64,000 nucleotides of DNA from an uncultured Actinomycetota bacterium (GTDB lineage Bacteria > Actinomycetota > Actinomycetes > JAHEKZ01). The translations under genes and the position numbers were made by a program. Under the pieces are notes generated by a model. That model saw nothing but the letters and a program-made list of their open reading frames with translations. It had not been told where the DNA came from and ran no database searches. Positions 42,001 to 53,420 of the stretch are shown here, piece after piece. Each line of letters opens with the position of its first letter. The stretch's first letter is position 1. Location of the stretch: assembly GCA_963743915.1 (NCBI GenBank), contig CAVURN010000005.1, forward strand, positions 275,358-339,357. The letters are read 5' to 3'.

Positions 42001-42569
42001 ATTCCTCCACGGACCGCGAACTCCCCGCGACGCTCGACGACGTCGGCCCGGCTGTAGCCGGAGTCCGCGAGCCGCCGGACGACCTCGGCGAGGTCGATCT
42101 CGTCGCCGGCGTGGATGCGGACCGGTTCCAGGTCACCGAGCCCGGTGACGAAGGGCTGCAGCACCGCACGCACGGGTGCGACCACGACAGCCAGCGGACC
42201 CGAACCGGGGTCGGCCGGGTCGGGGTGCACCAGCCGGCGCAGCACCGCGAGCCGGCGCCCGACCGTGTCGGAGCGTGGTGAGAGTCGCTCGTGCGGCAGC
42301 GTCTCCCAGGAGGGGAAGTCGGTGACGGTCTCCGGGTCGAGCAACGAGCTGAGCGCGGCCACCAGGTCGTCGGCCTCCCGGGTGGTCGCGGTGACGGCGA
42401 GCACCGGCCGGGCGGCACCGTGCATGCCGCGAGCCATCGCGGCCACGATGGCTGCGGTGGCCGTCGACGGGACGGTGAGCTCTCCGCCGGTGCCAGTGGC
42501 GGCCAGTCGCAGGGCCTCGGCCACCGCGGCGTCCTCGGCGACGAGGGGAACCAGGCCGGCCAAGGACAT
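39045..42569 (-). CDS. mfd: transcription-repair coupling factor
   Basis: about 1174 aa; CGDVGYGKTEIA (Walker A), DEEQRFGV, TRG motif, TATPIPRT; ATG 42569 (MSLAGLVPL) with GGGAGGAG RBS. Confidence 0.9.
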   Translation of the reverse strand: MSLAGLVPLVAEDAAVAEALRLAATGTGGELTVPSTATAAIVAAMARGMHGAARPVLAVTATTREADDLVAALSSLLDPETVTDFPSWETLPHERLSPRSDTVGRRLAVLRRLVHPDPADPGSGPLAVVVAPVRAVLQPFVTGLGDLEPVRIHAGDEIDLAEVVRRLADSGYSRADVVERRGEFAVRGGILDVFPAVEQHPLRVELWGDTVEEIRWFKAADQRSLETAPHGVWAPPVRELPLTETVRRRAAGLVAIHPGLADVLGQLAEGVAVEGMESLSPLLGDGMELLVDVVPDATAMVVVDPERVRTRSHELHRTSEEFLAASWANAAAGNSTPIDLGAASYRELAEVRSAAVGRGLPWWGVGPFGGPDDETAGTTLRAADEYRGDTDRALKTIHASVADGWRVVLVTAGHGPAERFAERLRDDDVVAEVVAEVDPVRDASVVQVATGVMEHGLVSDALKLLVLTETDLVGQKSSTRDMRRMPSRRRATVDPLQLSPGDYVVHEQHGVGRYVEMTRREVQGSTREYLVIEYAPARRGQPADRLFVPTDQLDLVTRYVGGESPSLHRLGGADWAKTKGRARKAVKQIAAELVRLYSARQSAPGYAFGPDTPWQRELEDAFPYVETVDQMACIDEVKRDMEQPIPMDRLVCGDVGYGKTEIAVRAAFKAVQDGKQVAVLVPTTLLVQQHTNTFTERFAAFPVTVKALSRFQTDREAAEVIEGLADGSVDVVIGTHRLLQATTRFKDLGLVVVDEEQRFGVEHKEHLKALRTHVDVLTMSATPIPRTLEMALGGIREMSTILTPPEERHPVLTFVGAYDQKQIGAAIRRELLREGQVFYIHNRVESIERAAARVREIVPEARVEVAHGQMSEDALERIIVDFWDKRFDVLVCTTIVESGLDISNANTLVVERADTLGLAQLHQLRGRVGRGRDRGYAYFLYPPERPLTEPAHDRLATIAQHTDLGSGMAVAMKDLEIRGAGNVLGGEQSGHIEGVGFDLYLRLVGEAVATLKGEGPESGGEPAEIRVELPVDAHIPHDWVPSEKVRLQAYQRLADAHDEQTLADVRDELVDRFGPLPEPVERLFDVARLRTLVRSVGVSEVVVQGSRVRIFPVELPESATLRLTRLYPGTTVKPAVRTILVPRPTTARVGGEPLRDAALLQWVTEFVEAVLVDR

Positions 42570-42694
42570 GGAGCGCTCCTCCCTGCGGGTTGCCCAGGCG
42601 CTGCCCTCGAGGCGCAGCACGACGGCCCCGGACATCGTCGATGCCGGGGAGGAGGTCAAGCCTACGGTGCCGGGACGACCCGCGGGACCTCAGA

Positions 42695-45565
42695 TCAACC
42701 GCTCCGGAGGACGACGGAGACAGTGGTCGCAGCCGCCGACTTGCCGGACGCGACCGCGGTGAGGCCTGCGCGAGAGCCGGCCAGGGCCGGGACGCCGTCA
42801 TCAGTGAGCAGCCCCGAGACGCGCACGGTGCCCGGGACGGCCGGGTCGTAGCTGCTGACGGGTGCGGCACGGCTGGTCTGGCCGAGCGGTGGCACCCAGC
42901 CCGTGGTCGTGGACGTCTTGTCCGACCAGTACGAGACGACCCAGGCCCCATCGACGGGCACGCTCACGCCGGGGGTCGTGTGCCCGAAGGTCGCGTCCGA
43001 CGCGGGCTCGTCGGCGGTCGCGACCGGTCCGACCGAGGCGACCCCCGAGTAGACGGCGGTGCTGACGATCGCCCGCGTCGCGACGGTGGTCCCGCCGTCG
43101 GAGAACTCCACGCCCACGGTCCGTCCGGCGTCGGCGGCCGTCGCCCATCGGGTGTACACGACGGTGCGGGTCCCGCTGTCGGTGACGTCACCCCGCTCCG
43201 TCCAGCCACCGAGCGGCACCTTGTCCGCGTCGAGGATGGCACCGGGATCGGCGCTGGTGCCGCCGCTCACGACCATCAGCAGCAGGTCGCCCGGCTCGAC
43301 CGTTTCCGGCAGCGGCCACGTGTGAAAGCGCACCTGCTTGCCCTCGTACGCCGCGGCCGCTCGGAAGGCGACCGTCGTGGCGATCGGCGACACTTCGACG
43401 TCGACCACAGTCGACGCGGAGGCACCGTCGTCATCGGTCACCGTGAGCGTCACCGGGTAGGTGCCGGCCTCGGCGAAGATGTGGTGCTGCGCCGTCCCAC
43501 CGGACGCGGAGGTGCCGTCCCCGAAGCTCCACACGTACGACACGAGGGAGCCGTCGGCGTCGGACGAGGACGTCGCGTCGAAGGTGCAGGAGGTTCCGAC
43601 GCAGGCGCTCCGGAAGGTGGCCGTCGGAGACGCGTTGATGGCGAACGTGGAGGGCTGGGTGGACAGGAAGAGGCCTTTCGCCCGCCAGTCGACGGTGGCG
43701 TTGACGGTGCGCGTCCCGCCTCGGAAACCCTGCGGGCCGAAGCGGATCTTGTGCAGCACGCCGTTGGAGCTGACGTAGTAGAGCCAGCTGCCGGAGAGGA
43801 ACGCCCCCCTCACGGCTCCCGCGTCGACTCCCTTGCCCGCCGATGAGTCGGGCACGGTGTGACGCACCGCGCCGACGACGCCGGACTCGGGGGTGAAGGC
43901 GCGGTAGTACAGACCACCGTCGGACCTCCGGGATCGTGAGTCCGCCCGCGTGTAGTACAGCCGGCCGGTACGGCGGTCGTAGAACATGCTGGTCACGCGT
44001 CGCATGGACGAGCGCAGGTCCACGACGAGCGATCCGCCGCCCAACGGCACGATGGTCTGGGGTCCGAGGCGGGTGCCGTCGAAAGACTGCTTGCGCAGCG
44101 TGCCGTCGTTCCACCCCGTGTAGAGCGTGTCGTCCACCATGAACGCGCCTCTCACGCCCGACCAGGCGACCCCGCCGTCGGCGAGTGCCTTGGCCTGGGG
44201 TCGGGCGGAACCGACGAGGTACTGCGACCGGACGTCGGCGGCGCCGACCGCGGGATCGAGCTGGACGACGTCGCCCGGGATGGTCCCGACCCGGTCGGTG
44301 GGGAGGGGCAGACCCCCGGACCAGGGGAAGGCCGCGAGCCGGTCGCGCCGCTCACCGGCCCAGACGGGGGTGTCCGAACCCGCCCAGAGCTCGCTGTCGG
44401 TGACCAGGAAGTCGAAGACGCCGACCCCTCGGGACCGGGTGGGGTTCCAGCTGAACGGCAGGCCGTTGCGCGTGTCGAGGGCGGCCAGCCCCTCGCGGAC
44501 CACACCGCCCGGTCCGGCCGTGCCCCCGTCCAGCGAGTACGGGTTGTTCAGCCACCGGAAGTGGCCGCCCACGTACGCGACCGGACCGGTCACCTCGACC
44601 GCCCAGAAGGTGTCCCCACCGCTGTGGTCGACCCAGGTGGGCTGCTGCGCTCCCTGAGCGTAGGTCTCCCACCGAGTCGCGGAGTCGCACAGCTTGGTGG
44701 GTCCGCCCAGCCCACCGGTGGTCACGACGACGAAGAAGGAGCCGTCCGGCGCCAGGTCGACGTCGTGCAGATACGAGTCGAAGAATCGGTTGCAGTCGCG
44801 GCTGCCGAACCGGGACGTGCGCCAGCCGTCCACGACGGCATGCCGCCCTGAGGTGTCGAGCACCGCCACCTGCGTCCGCGTGCGCCCTCCGACTGCGGTG
44901 AAGTTCCCGATGGCGACCAGGCGGTCGCCCGCAGGGGTCACGTCGATCTTCCGCACGGTGGTGACGCCACCCTGGTTGACCCCGGAGAACGGCAGGTCGA
45001 CCGCTCGCGTCAGCCATCCAGTCGACGCGTTCAGCGTGGCCAGGCCCCGGCGGGGCACGCCACCGGCCGACGTGAACGACCCCGCGACGTAGAGGCGGCT
45101 GCCGACAAGGCGGAGGTCATAGATCCGTCGGTCGAACGCCGGGCTGCGGAAGGAACCGACCTTCGGGCCGTCGGCGAGGTCGAGCTGCTGCAGCCGACCT
45201 GGGCCGACCCCGTTGATCGTGCGGAAGTCGCCGCCGACGTACACCGACCGGCCGTCGCCCGACAGGGCCAGCGCGTCGACCCGCGGCGCCACCCCGGGGG
45301 CAGAGGCCAGCACGGGGACGAAGGCGTCGCTGACGGCCCCGGTGGTCACATCGAAGGCGAACAGTCCCGTCCGCGGCAGCACGGGAGCGTCGACGCCGGA
45401 CTCCTGCACCTTGCTGAACGTGCCCCCGACCACGACCAGGTCCCCGACGCGGACGATCGCCTGGACGCGCCCGTCGAGCACCCGTGGTGTGTGGTCGAGC
45501 GGGTCGTCGCTTGCCAGCTGCTCGGCCGCGGCGGAGGCGCTGGCCGGTGCGGTCACCGCGCTCAT
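42695..45565 (-). CDS. large secreted protein: beta-propeller repeats (Delta-60/DUF5122-like) + PKD domain + unknown C-terminal domain
   Basis: repeats of type [26 protein letters not shown]; [38 protein letters not shown]...[14 protein letters not shown]; upstream in another frame (from 45674) [36 protein letters not shown] looks like the displaced signal peptide (1-nt frameshift at about 45568). Confidence 0.6.
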   Translation of the reverse strand: MSAVTAPASASAAAEQLASDDPLDHTPRVLDGRVQAIVRVGDLVVVGGTFSKVQESGVDAPVLPRTGLFAFDVTTGAVSDAFVPVLASAPGVAPRVDALALSGDGRSVYVGGDFRTINGVGPGRLQQLDLADGPKVGSFRSPAFDRRIYDLRLVGSRLYVAGSFTSAGGVPRRGLATLNASTGWLTRAVDLPFSGVNQGGVTTVRKIDVTPAGDRLVAIGNFTAVGGRTRTQVAVLDTSGRHAVVDGWRTSRFGSRDCNRFFDSYLHDVDLAPDGSFFVVVTTGGLGGPTKLCDSATRWETYAQGAQQPTWVDHSGGDTFWAVEVTGPVAYVGGHFRWLNNPYSLDGGTAGPGGVVREGLAALDTRNGLPFSWNPTRSRGVGVFDFLVTDSELWAGSDTPVWAGERRDRLAAFPWSGGLPLPTDRVGTIPGDVVQLDPAVGAADVRSQYLVGSARPQAKALADGGVAWSGVRGAFMVDDTLYTGWNDGTLRKQSFDGTRLGPQTIVPLGGGSLVVDLRSSMRRVTSMFYDRRTGRLYYTRADSRSRRSDGGLYYRAFTPESGVVGAVRHTVPDSSAGKGVDAGAVRGAFLSGSWLYYVSSNGVLHKIRFGPQGFRGGTRTVNATVDWRAKGLFLSTQPSTFAINASPTATFRSACVGTSCTFDATSSSDADGSLVSYVWSFGDGTSASGGTAQHHIFAEAGTYPVTLTVTDDDGASASTVVDVEVSPIATTVAFRAAAAYEGKQVRFHTWPLPETVEPGDLLLMVVSGGTSADPGAILDADKVPLGGWTERGDVTDSGTRTVVYTRWATAADAGRTVGVEFSDGGTTVATRAIVSTAVYSGVASVGPVATADEPASDATFGHTTPGVSVPVDGAWVVSYWSDKTSTTTGWVPPLGQTSRAAPVSSYDPAVPGTVRVSGLLTDDGVPALAGSRAGLTAVASGKSAAATTVSVVLRSG

Positions 45566-45912
45566 CGAGCGTCACGAGGGCTGCTGCGACCAGGGCCACT
45601 GCCCCGGCTCTGAGCCAGCGGCCACCCCTCGTCCTCGCCACCTGCGCTCCCCCACCCGTCGTCGGCGCACCCACTCGGCGCGCACTGTTGCCTCGCCATT
45701 ACAGAGCGTGCCGGGACGGTCGGGCGGCGACTGCGGTCGAAAGGGAACCATCGGCGGACGACCTACTTCGTACCGTCAACTCGTGGCTACGCAGCGTGAT
45801 CTGCGGAGAACGCCGCCCGGTGACGCACCCACCCGGGTGACGGCGCTCCGGGCGACGTCGGGGTCTGCGCTCGCACCACGTACGCTGCCGGGGACTCGCC
45901 TGAAGGGACAGC

Positions 45913-47111
45913 ATGGAGACGCACCACCCCGGCCTCACCGACGGCCTTGCGCCGCTCTGGGAGCCCGGGCCGGTCGGCCCGACCCGCCCCTTCCTGGTGC
46001 TGCCCTCCGCCGACGACCCCCGCCTCGTGCTGCCGGCGGGGCGCGGACGGGCCGCCGCCACAGTCCTGCACGCGTTGCGGGACGAGTCGACGGCCAAGGC
46101 GCGCACCCTCTCGTGGGCCCTGCGCGGCGCTGCCCTGCTCCACGTGCGCACCACCGAGCTGCCTGACCCGCCGCTCCTGGCGGCCGTCGCCAGACACCTG
46201 GCACCGGAGAGCGTCGCCGCCGACCTCGTGTACGGCGTCCACCTGGGCCCGCGTCGCGCGAACCGGAAGCCGGTCCTGGCCGTGGCCGGACGGGACGGTG
46301 CGCTCCTCGCCATCGTCAAGTGGGGCATGAACCCGCTCACCGACCGGCTTGTCGCCCACGAGGCGACGGCGCTGCACCAGCTGACCTCCCTGCCCGCGCA
46401 CTCGGGGGTGCAGGTCCCGAGACTCCTCGGTCAGGGGGATTTCGCCGGACACCCCTACGTCGTGCAGTCACCCGTGCCCACCAGCGGAGCGGGTCCGTGG
46501 TCGCTCGACCGCGCCATCGAAGCCCAGGTGGCAGTGGCGACGTCGGGCGGACAGGCGGATGCCGAGGACTACCTCACCCGCTTCGCCGCGGCGTGGCGGG
46601 ACCGACCCACCACCTGCGACCCGGTGGACCGCGACGCCGCCCAGGCGTTCGGGGCGCTGGCGACGACCTGGCTCGGCCACGTCCGACAGTCCTCGCTCGG
46701 GCACGGCAGGTGGCACGGCGACTGGCGTAGGACCAACATGGCCCTCACCCGGGACGGCTGCTCGGTGTGGGACTGGGAGCGGTTCGACAGCGGCGCTCCC
46801 CTCGGGTACGACGCGCTGCACCTCTTCCTCACCGGCCGCGCCGGTTCGGTGCAGGACCTCACCACGCTGCCCGCGGACGTCTTCGCGAACGCCGCGCGCC
46901 TGCTCCGACCGTTCGGCGATCGAGAGCCGCGACGACGCCGAGCTGGTCACCTGCGGCTACCTGCTCGAGCTGGCCGGCCGGTACCTCGACGACGGTCAGT
47001 CGACCTCGGGCGCACGTCTGGGAGACAGTCGCCCACTGGCTGCTGCCCACCCTCACCAGCGTCCTGAAGGAACCCACCACCGGGCACGAACAAGGAGCGA
47101 ACGAGCAGTGA
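45913..47111 (+). pseudogene. aminoglycoside/choline-kinase-like phosphotransferase (APH fold), C-terminus split over three frames
   Basis: HGDWRRTNMAL (Brenner HGDxxxxN), VWDWERF (DxE); after ...RLLRPFGDR continues in +1 frame (SRDDAELVTCGYLLELAGRYLDDGQ) then +2 frame (...VWETVAHWLLPTLTSVLKEP...ANEQ*), whose stop overlaps next gene GTG (GTGA). Confidence 0.55.
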
Positions 47112-47963
47112 GCAGTCTGCGGGGCAAGAGCAGAAGAGCGGCGCGAGCCGCGGCCGACCGGGTCGGCCGGCGGACGTCGTCGCGCCGGGTCCTGCCGACC
47201 ATGCTCATCGTGGGCGGGCAACGGTGCGGCACGACCACGCTCTTCAAGGCGCTGCTCGAGCACCCGGGGTTCGTCGGGCCGACGCTCCGCAAGGGCGTGC
47301 ACTACTTCGACCTCAATGCCGATCGACCCCTGGACTGGTACCGCAGCCACTTCCCCACCGAGTCCAGCGTCGAACAGGATCGCGCAGCGCCAGGGGCACT
47401 CCGTGGTCGTCGGCGAGTCGAGCCCGTACTACATGTGGCACCCGCTGGCGCCCGAGCGGATCGCCACGGCCCTGCCCGACGTGAAGGTCATCGCCCTGCT
47501 GCGTGACCCGGTGGCCCGCGCCTACTCCGCCCATGCCCACGAGCTCGCGCGCGGCTTCGAGACCGAACCGTTCGAGCGAGCACTCGAACTCGAGGAGGAG
47601 CGCCTGGCCGGCGAGGAGGAGCGCCTACGCAGCGGCGCGGTCACGCGCAGCCTCGCGCACCAGCATCTCGCCTACGTCCGTCGGGGGCAGTACATCGACC
47701 AGCTCGAGCGTCTCGAGGCGGCCCTGGGCCGCGAACGCATCCTGGTCGTCGACAGCGTCGCCCTCTGGTCCTCGCCGGAGGAGCGCTGGCCCGAGGTCAC
47801 CCGGTTTCTCGGCCTCCCGGACCACCCGGTGTCGATCGAGCGTCACAACGCCCGTTCGCGCTCTCCCCTGGACGACGCCCTCCGAGAACGTCTCGAGGCG
47901 CACTACGTGCCCTACGACGAGCGGCTGGCCGCCTGGTGGGGACGCACCCCGAGCTGGCGGTGA
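47108..47963 (+). pseudogene. Stf0-like sulfotransferase, single frameshift in a GGGG run at 47393-47396
   Basis: N-part VSSLRGKS...LPTMLIVGGQRCGTTTLFKALLEHPGF...WYRSHFPTESSVEQDRAAP; C-part (ORF 47316 frame) GHSVVVGESSPYYMWHP...IALLRDPVARAYSAHAHE...; removing one G restores APGHSVVVGE. Confidence 0.65.
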
Positions 47964-47968
47964 CGGCT

Positions 47969-48007
47969 GCAGCGGACCGAGGAGACAGCGCGGTCTCTGA
48001 CCGCTGC
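47969..48007 (+). terminator. compound hairpin between sulfotransferase and Alg14-like gene
   Basis: GCAGCGGaccgagGAGACagcgcgGTCTCtgaCCGCTGC (outer 7-bp and inner 5-bp stems); no T-tract. Confidence 0.3.
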
Positions 48008-48161
48008 TGACGACCCACGACTACCGCACGTGCAGGACACCGGACGTCCGGCAGGCGTCACCCGTTTGGCGGCACTTGTGCCAACACCGATCGGACCCCG
48101 CTACCTCCGGTGAGAATTGACCCACCGACCACCTCCCCTTCACCGCGACCGAGGAGCATCC

Positions 48162-48635
48162 GTGCAGGCACTGTCCGACCTCGAAGGTCGCGTGCTGCTG
48201 GTCGGCTCCAGCGGTGGTCACCTCGCCCAGCTCCTCGCGCTGGCGCCGCTCTGGCCGCGGGAACGACGGCACTGGGTCACCTTCGACACCGCGGACGCAG
48301 TGTCCCAGCTGGTCGCCGAGAGCGTGACGTGGGCGTACCACCCCACCACCCGGAACGTGAGGAACCTGGCACGCAACACCGCGCTCGCGCGCCAGGTCCT
48401 CGACGCCGAACGACCCGACGTGATCGTCTCGACCGGAGCGGCCGTCGCGTATCCCTTCTTCCTGCTGGGCCGCGCCCGGGGGATCCCCACGGTGTACGTC
48501 GAGGTCTACGACCGGATCGACAGCCGCACCGTGACCGGGAGGCTCTGCCGTCCGCTGTCGACGCTCTTCTGCGTCCAGTGGGAGGAGCAGCAGCAGCTCT
48601 ACCCGGGCTCGATCGTCGTGGGGCCGCTGCTGTGA
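48162..48635 (+). CDS. Alg14-like glycosyltransferase membrane-anchor subunit (PssD/Cps14F-type)
   Basis: VQALSDLEGRVLLVGSSGGHLAQLLALAPLW...VIVSTGAAVAYPFFLLGRARGIPTVYVE; GTG 48162 after GAGGAG. Confidence 0.6.
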   Translation: MQALSDLEGRVLLVGSSGGHLAQLLALAPLWPRERRHWVTFDTADAVSQLVAESVTWAYHPTTRNVRNLARNTALARQVLDAERPDVIVSTGAAVAYPFFLLGRARGIPTVYVEVYDRIDSRTVTGRLCRPLSTLFCVQWEEQQQLYPGSIVVGPLL

Positions 48636-49099
48636 GCCGCATCCTCGTCACGGTGGGCACCGACTTCCACCCCTTCCAGCGCCTCGTCGACTGGGCCGAC
48701 CAGTTCGCCGAGCAGCACCCCGAGCACGAGGTCTTCACGCAGTACGGCTCAGCCCGTCCGCCTCGGCACGGCGAGCACTCCCGGCTGCTCGACCACGCCC
48801 AGCTGCAGCGCGAGATCGCCCGGGCCGACGTGGTGGTCTGTCACGGAGGCCCGGCAACCATCACCGAGGTGCGGCGTGCCGGTCTCCGACCGGTCTGCGT
48901 CCCGCGCGACCCGGACCGCGGGGAGCACGTCGACGGACACCAGATGCGTTTCGTGCGGCGCATCGAGCGAGGCCGGGATGGTCGCCGCATGCCTCGACGT
49001 CGACGACCTCGACGAGGCGGTCGCCGCCGAGCTGGCCCGGCCACGCCGCGACCCGGGTCAGGCCGAGGACGTGGCGCCGGGCGTCCGGCGCATCCATGA
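48632..49099 (+). pseudogene. Alg13-like glycosyltransferase catalytic subunit (GT28 C-terminal domain; PssE/Cps14G-type), frameshifted
   Basis: GTGA-coupled start; VSRILVTVGTDFHPFQRLVDW...VVVCHGGPATITEV...DGHQMRFVRRIERG, then protein-like continuation AGMVAACLDVDDLDEAVAAELARP...RRIHDLIAEP lies in another frame; C-terminal limit unclear. Confidence 0.5.
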
Positions 49100-50081
49100 C
49101 CTCATCGCCGAGCCTCACCGCGCAACCTTCGACCGACGGCGACGACGACGACGCGCATCCGGGTCATCTACATCGGCGGCCAGGGACGGAGCGGCAGCAC
49201 GCTTCTCGAGCGCGCGCTGGGTGAGCTGCCCGGCGTCCTCAGCGTCGGCGAGATGGTGCACCTGTGGGACCGCGGGCTGCGCGACGACCAGCTCTGCGGA
49301 TGCGGGGAGCCCTTCCACACGTGCTCGTTCTGGCGGTCGGTGGGCGACGTGGCCTTCGGCGGCTGGGACGCCCTCGACGTCGATGAAGCGGTGTCGCTGC
49401 GCTACGCGGTCGACCGCAACCGCTACCTGCCCCTGCTCGCGCGTCCCGGCCTCTCCCGCCGCTACCGGGAGCGCCACGCCCGCTACGTCGCCAGGCTGGC
49501 TCAGCTGTACCGCGCCATCGCCGAGGTCTCCGGCTCACGCGTCATCATCGACTCCAGCAAGCACGCCTCCTACGCGATGACGCTGTCCCAGGTGCCCGGC
49601 CTCGACCTGCGGCTGCTGCACGTGGTGCGTGACAGCCGTGCGGTGGCCCACGCGTGGAGCAAGGAGGTCGCCAGGCCGGAGGCGCTCGGGGTTCCGATGC
49701 CGATGTACGGACCGACCAAGACCGCCGTGCTGTGGGACGTGCAGAACACCTTGATCGAGCGACTCAAGCGTCGCCACCCTTACCTGCGGATCCGCTACGA
49801 GGACTTCGTCGAGGCGCCCAAGGACGTCCTGCTGGCAGCCGGACGGTTCGCCGGGCTCGGGGACGAGGCCTCCACGCTCGACGTTCCTCGACGCGGACAC
49901 CCTGCGGCTGACGCCCTCGCACACGGTCGCGGGGAACCCCATGCGCTTCCTCTCCGGAGAGGTGAGGATCAGGGCGGACCGGTCGTGGCGTTCTGACATG
50001 CCGACCGGCCGGCAGCGTCTGGTCAATGCACTGACGCTGCCCCTGCAGCGTCACTACGGCTACCGATCGGCAGACTCGTGA
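49096..50081 (+). pseudogene. Stf0-like sulfotransferase (second copy), at least two frameshifts
   Basis: RIRVIYIGGQGRSGSTLLERALGELPG...IIDSSKHASYAMTL...LLHVVRDSRAVAHAW (ORF 49253 frame, no in-frame start), C-terminus FLDADTLRLTPSHTVAGNPMRFLSGEVRIRADRSWRSDMP...YGYRSADS* in +1 frame (extra g in ctcgacGttcctcgacg about 49883). Confidence 0.6.
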
Positions 50082-51013
50082 CCATGAGCCCCTTCCCCCG
50101 CGTCGACGTGGTGGTCCCGACCCGCGACCGCCCGGAGATGCTGCGGACCGCCATCACCGCGATCCTGGCGTCGGAGTACAAGGGCGACATCCGGGTCCTG
50201 GTCGTCTACGACCAGTCGTCCCCGGACTCGTCACTGGCGACGGAGCAGTCACTGGGCATCGGCGACCACCGAAGCGTCAGCGTGCTGTCGAACAACCGCA
50301 CACCCGGGCTGGCCGGCGCCCGCAACACCGGGCTGCTGGCAGCGGACGCCGAGCTCGTCGGCTTCTGCGACGACGACGACACGTGGCTCCCGCACAAGCT
50401 GGCGGCGCAGGTGGACGCCCTCGCGGCGGAGCCGGACGCGGAGTTCGTCTGCTGCGGCATCGAGGTGCTCTACGACGGGGAGTCGCACCCTCGGGTGCTG
50501 GACCTGCGCCACGTCACCCTCACCGACCTGGTGCGTGACCGACTCACCGAGCTCCACCCCTCCACCTTCCTCATGCGACGCGCGGCGGTCGTCGAGGGCT
50601 TCGGACTGGTCGAGGAGGAGATCCCCGGCAGTTTCGGTGAGGACTACGAGCTGCTGCTCCGGGCAGCACGTCGGCACCCGATCCTCAACGTCCCCGAGGT
50701 CGGTGTCCAGGTCCTGTGGTCCAGCCGTTCCTACTTCACCGCGCGGTGGCAGACGATGCGCTCCGGTCTCACCTGGCTGCTCGAGCGCTACCCCGAGTTC
50801 GAGGACGTCCCCGCGGGCGAGGCCCGGATCGCCGGTCAGATCGCGTTCGCGGCAGCAGCGGACAAGGACCGGAAGCAGGGTGCTCGGTGGGCGTGGCGGG
50901 CCCTCCGCCGGCGCCCGGTGGAGCCGCGCGCGTACCTGGCGCTCGCCGTCGCCGGTGGGTTGTCTCCGCAGTGGGTTCTCCGACGCCTGCACTCCGTCGG
51001 CCGCGGGATCTAG
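50078..51013 (+). CDS. glycosyltransferase family 2
   Basis: VDVVVPTRDRPEMLRTAITAILAS (GT-A N-terminus), FCDDDDTW (DxD), intact 311 aa. Confidence 0.8.
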   Translation: MTMSPFPRVDVVVPTRDRPEMLRTAITAILASEYKGDIRVLVVYDQSSPDSSLATEQSLGIGDHRSVSVLSNNRTPGLAGARNTGLLAADAELVGFCDDDDTWLPHKLAAQVDALAAEPDAEFVCCGIEVLYDGESHPRVLDLRHVTLTDLVRDRLTELHPSTFLMRRAAVVEGFGLVEEEIPGSFGEDYELLLRAARRHPILNVPEVGVQVLWSSRSYFTARWQTMRSGLTWLLERYPEFEDVPAGEARIAGQIAFAAAADKDRKQGARWAWRALRRRPVEPRAYLALAVAGGLSPQWVLRRLHSVGRGI

Positions 51014-51927
51014 CGGTCGATGATGGTGCGCCACGCCTGCCGGGACGGCGCGTCCCGCAACCGGTAGTCGATGTTCGGCACCTGCGCATCCCAGTACGTG
51101 ACGAACGCGGCGTTCCGCCGGTCGGTGTACCGGGCACACGCATGCAGCCAGCGCGCACGTCGGGTGCCGTCGTCCCCCGGGAGCAGCCGGCTGGCCAGCT
51201 CGGCCACCCCGAACCTGTTCCCCAGTCGACGCGTCGTGCGGTAGGCGGGGCCCATGAGCTTCCGCGGCGCCATGTACTGAGGGGCCCCGCGTGGGCTGTA
51301 GCAGTCCCACCCCATCACGTCGATGAAGTCGCCGGGGTAGTAGGTGCGGACGGAGCGGTTCGAGGAGCGGGCCGTCCAGCACATCAGGATCAGGGTGGGG
51401 TGCAGCTGCGGGTTGTCCACGCGGCGGGCGATCGCGTTGATGTGCCGCCACGCCGCGCGGTACTGGGCTGCCGAGATCAGACCACGCTCGTGGTCGTCCT
51501 CCGGCTCGTGGAAGTACGACCAGAAGGTGGGGCGCTGCTTGGGCGCGTTCCGGAAGAAGGTCCGGAGCTCGTCGTCGACCGCGCCGCTGAGCACCCGGCC
51601 GGGCATCTCACGGAACGAGAGCACCACCGGGCGCCGAAACCCCTCGAGCAGTCGGTTGAAGGTGTCGCGGACGAAGGGCTCGTACACCCGGACGATGTCC
51701 ATGCCCCCGTAACGATCGTCGGACTGCCGCACGGCGGTGCGCCAGTCGATCCCGTCGGACGGGACGCTGGCGCCGAACCGGGTCGACGATCCTCGGCGCT
51801 CCAAGCGTGTCCCGTCGGTCGAGGCCTCCGACTCCGTCGACGTGCTGACGATGAGCGGGACGAGGGCGGCGACGAAGGCCACCGCCAACAGGATCACGGG
51901 CAACGTTCGGCGTGCGTGGGAAGTCAC
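51010..51927 (-). CDS. secreted glycoside hydrolase, GH26-like (mannanase-type fold)
   Basis: signal/TM MTSHARRTLPVILLAVAFVAALVPL; TFWSYFHEPEDD resembling GH26 HE(M)N block, MGWDCY; stop shares CTAG with GT2 stop. Confidence 0.45.
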   Translation of the reverse strand: MTSHARRTLPVILLAVAFVAALVPLIVSTSTESEASTDGTRLERRGSSTRFGASVPSDGIDWRTAVRQSDDRYGGMDIVRVYEPFVRDTFNRLLEGFRRPVVLSFREMPGRVLSGAVDDELRTFFRNAPKQRPTFWSYFHEPEDDHERGLISAAQYRAAWRHINAIARRVDNPQLHPTLILMCWTARSSNRSVRTYYPGDFIDVMGWDCYSPRGAPQYMAPRKLMGPAYRTTRRLGNRFGVAELASRLLPGDDGTRRARWLHACARYTDRRNAAFVTYWDAQVPNIDYRLRDAPSRQAWRTIIDR

Positions 51928-51971
51928 AGGCGAATCCCTTCGTCGGGGTCACTCTGGGGAAGTGGTCGGTC

Positions 51972-52523
51972 CTAGTCGTTGAACTGGGACTGCGCACGGT
52001 CCAGGCCGACGGTCATCAGCGCAGCCACCGCGTCGGCGCACCTCGTCACGATCTCGGGCACCTCGGGCCGCTCGGCGGCTGCGAAGTCCCGCAGCACGAA
52101 CGACGCCGGATCCATCCTGCCAGGCGGACGGCCGATTCCCACCCGAGCCCGGTAGAAGTCGCCGGTGCCCAGCGACCGCCGGAGGGACTTCAGCCCGTTA
52201 TGCCCGTTATCACCCCCGCCGAGCTTGAGCCGCAGCGAACCGAAGGGCAGGTCGAGCTCGTCGTGCACCGCGACCACCCGCTCGGGAGTGACCTTGTAGA
52301 AGGCGCAGAGCGGAGCCACCGCCTGACCGGAGTCGTTCATGTACGTGGTGGGCTTGACGAGCACCACGCGGTGACCGTCGACGCGCCCCTCCCACGTGTG
52401 TGCGCGGGCGCGTCGATGGCTGCGGAACGCAGCACCACCGGCGAGCTCGTCGACCACGAGGTACCCGACGTTGTGACGGTTGCCCGCGTACTCCGGTCCG
52501 GGGTTGCCGAGCCCGACGACCAC
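51972..52523 (-). CDS. pth: aminoacyl-tRNA hydrolase (peptidyl-tRNA hydrolase)
   Basis: [28 protein letters not shown]... Confidence 0.9.
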   Translation of the reverse strand: MVVGLGNPGPEYAGNRHNVGYLVVDELAGGAAFRSHRRARAHTWEGRVDGHRVVLVKPTTYMNDSGQAVAPLCAFYKVTPERVVAVHDELDLPFGSLRLKLGGGDNGHNGLKSLRRSLGTGDFYRARVGIGRPPGRMDPASFVLRDFAAAERPEVPEIVTRCADAVAALMTVGLDRAQSQFND

Positions 52524-52570
52524 CCAGGGACGGTCGTCGTCGGTGACCTCCGGTGGACGGTTGCGCCGGA

Positions 52571-53212
52571 TCAGGCCGGCGGCTCCACCGTCTCGGCCAC
52601 CACGGTGGCCGCCGCGGCACCTGCGGCCGCCTCGGCCTCGGCAGCCTCGGCCGCCTCGTCCGCAGCAGCCTCGGCCGACTGGGCACCGAGGATGTGCACG
52701 ACCACCAGGTCGGGGTCGGCCACGAGCACCGCTCCGGACGGCAGCGGCACGTCGGAGGCCCGGAGGCTCTCTCCGACTGTCAGACCTTCGACGTCGATCA
52801 CCAGCTCGGACGGGATCTTGGTGGCTTCGGTCTCGATGCCGATGGTGTCGTTCACGTGCTCGAGCAGACCACCAGGGGCGATCTTGCCCTCGGTGCGGAC
52901 CAGCACCTCGACGGTGACCTTCTCGCCGGTGCGGACGGCCACGAGGTCGACGTGCTCGATCGTGTGACGGACAGGGTCTCGCTGCACGGACTTCGGCAGC
53001 ACCAGCTGGGCGCCGTCGTCGAGCTGCAGCGAGAGCAGGGTGTTGGACTTCTTCAGGGCCAGCATCAGCTCGTGTGCCGGCAGGGCCAGGTGCTGGGTGT
53101 CGGCGCCGTGCCCGTACACGACGACGGGGATCTTCTTGTCACGACGCAGACGGCGCGCGGCACCCTTGCCGAACTCCGTGCGGCGCTCAGCGGCGATGGC
53201 GATCTCGGACAC
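52571..53212 (-). CDS. rplY: 50S ribosomal protein L25 / general stress protein Ctc
   Basis: [36 protein letters not shown]...; Ala/Glu-rich C-tail. Confidence 0.85.
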   Translation of the reverse strand: MSEIAIAAERRTEFGKGAARRLRRDKKIPVVVYGHGADTQHLALPAHELMLALKKSNTLLSLQLDDGAQLVLPKSVQRDPVRHTIEHVDLVAVRTGEKVTVEVLVRTEGKIAPGGLLEHVNDTIGIETEATKIPSELVIDVEGLTVGESLRASDVPLPSGAVLVADPDLVVVHILGAQSAEAAADEAAEAAEAEAAAGAAAATVVAETVEPPA

Positions 53213-53420
53213 GGGCCTTCAGCTCCTGACGACGGTCGGTCGGTGGGCGTTCCGGCGCAGGTCAGCCCGCGCATCCGCGCCAGCACCGCGTCGATCACGG
53301 GCGCCGACCTTCATCTCACAAGGTCGGCACACCCTCGCCGGGACCCGCAGAGTCTAGCCGCGCCTGCGACAGCAGCCCAAATCTGGCCTTCGGGTGACGA
53401 CCATCACCCGGCGTCCTGGA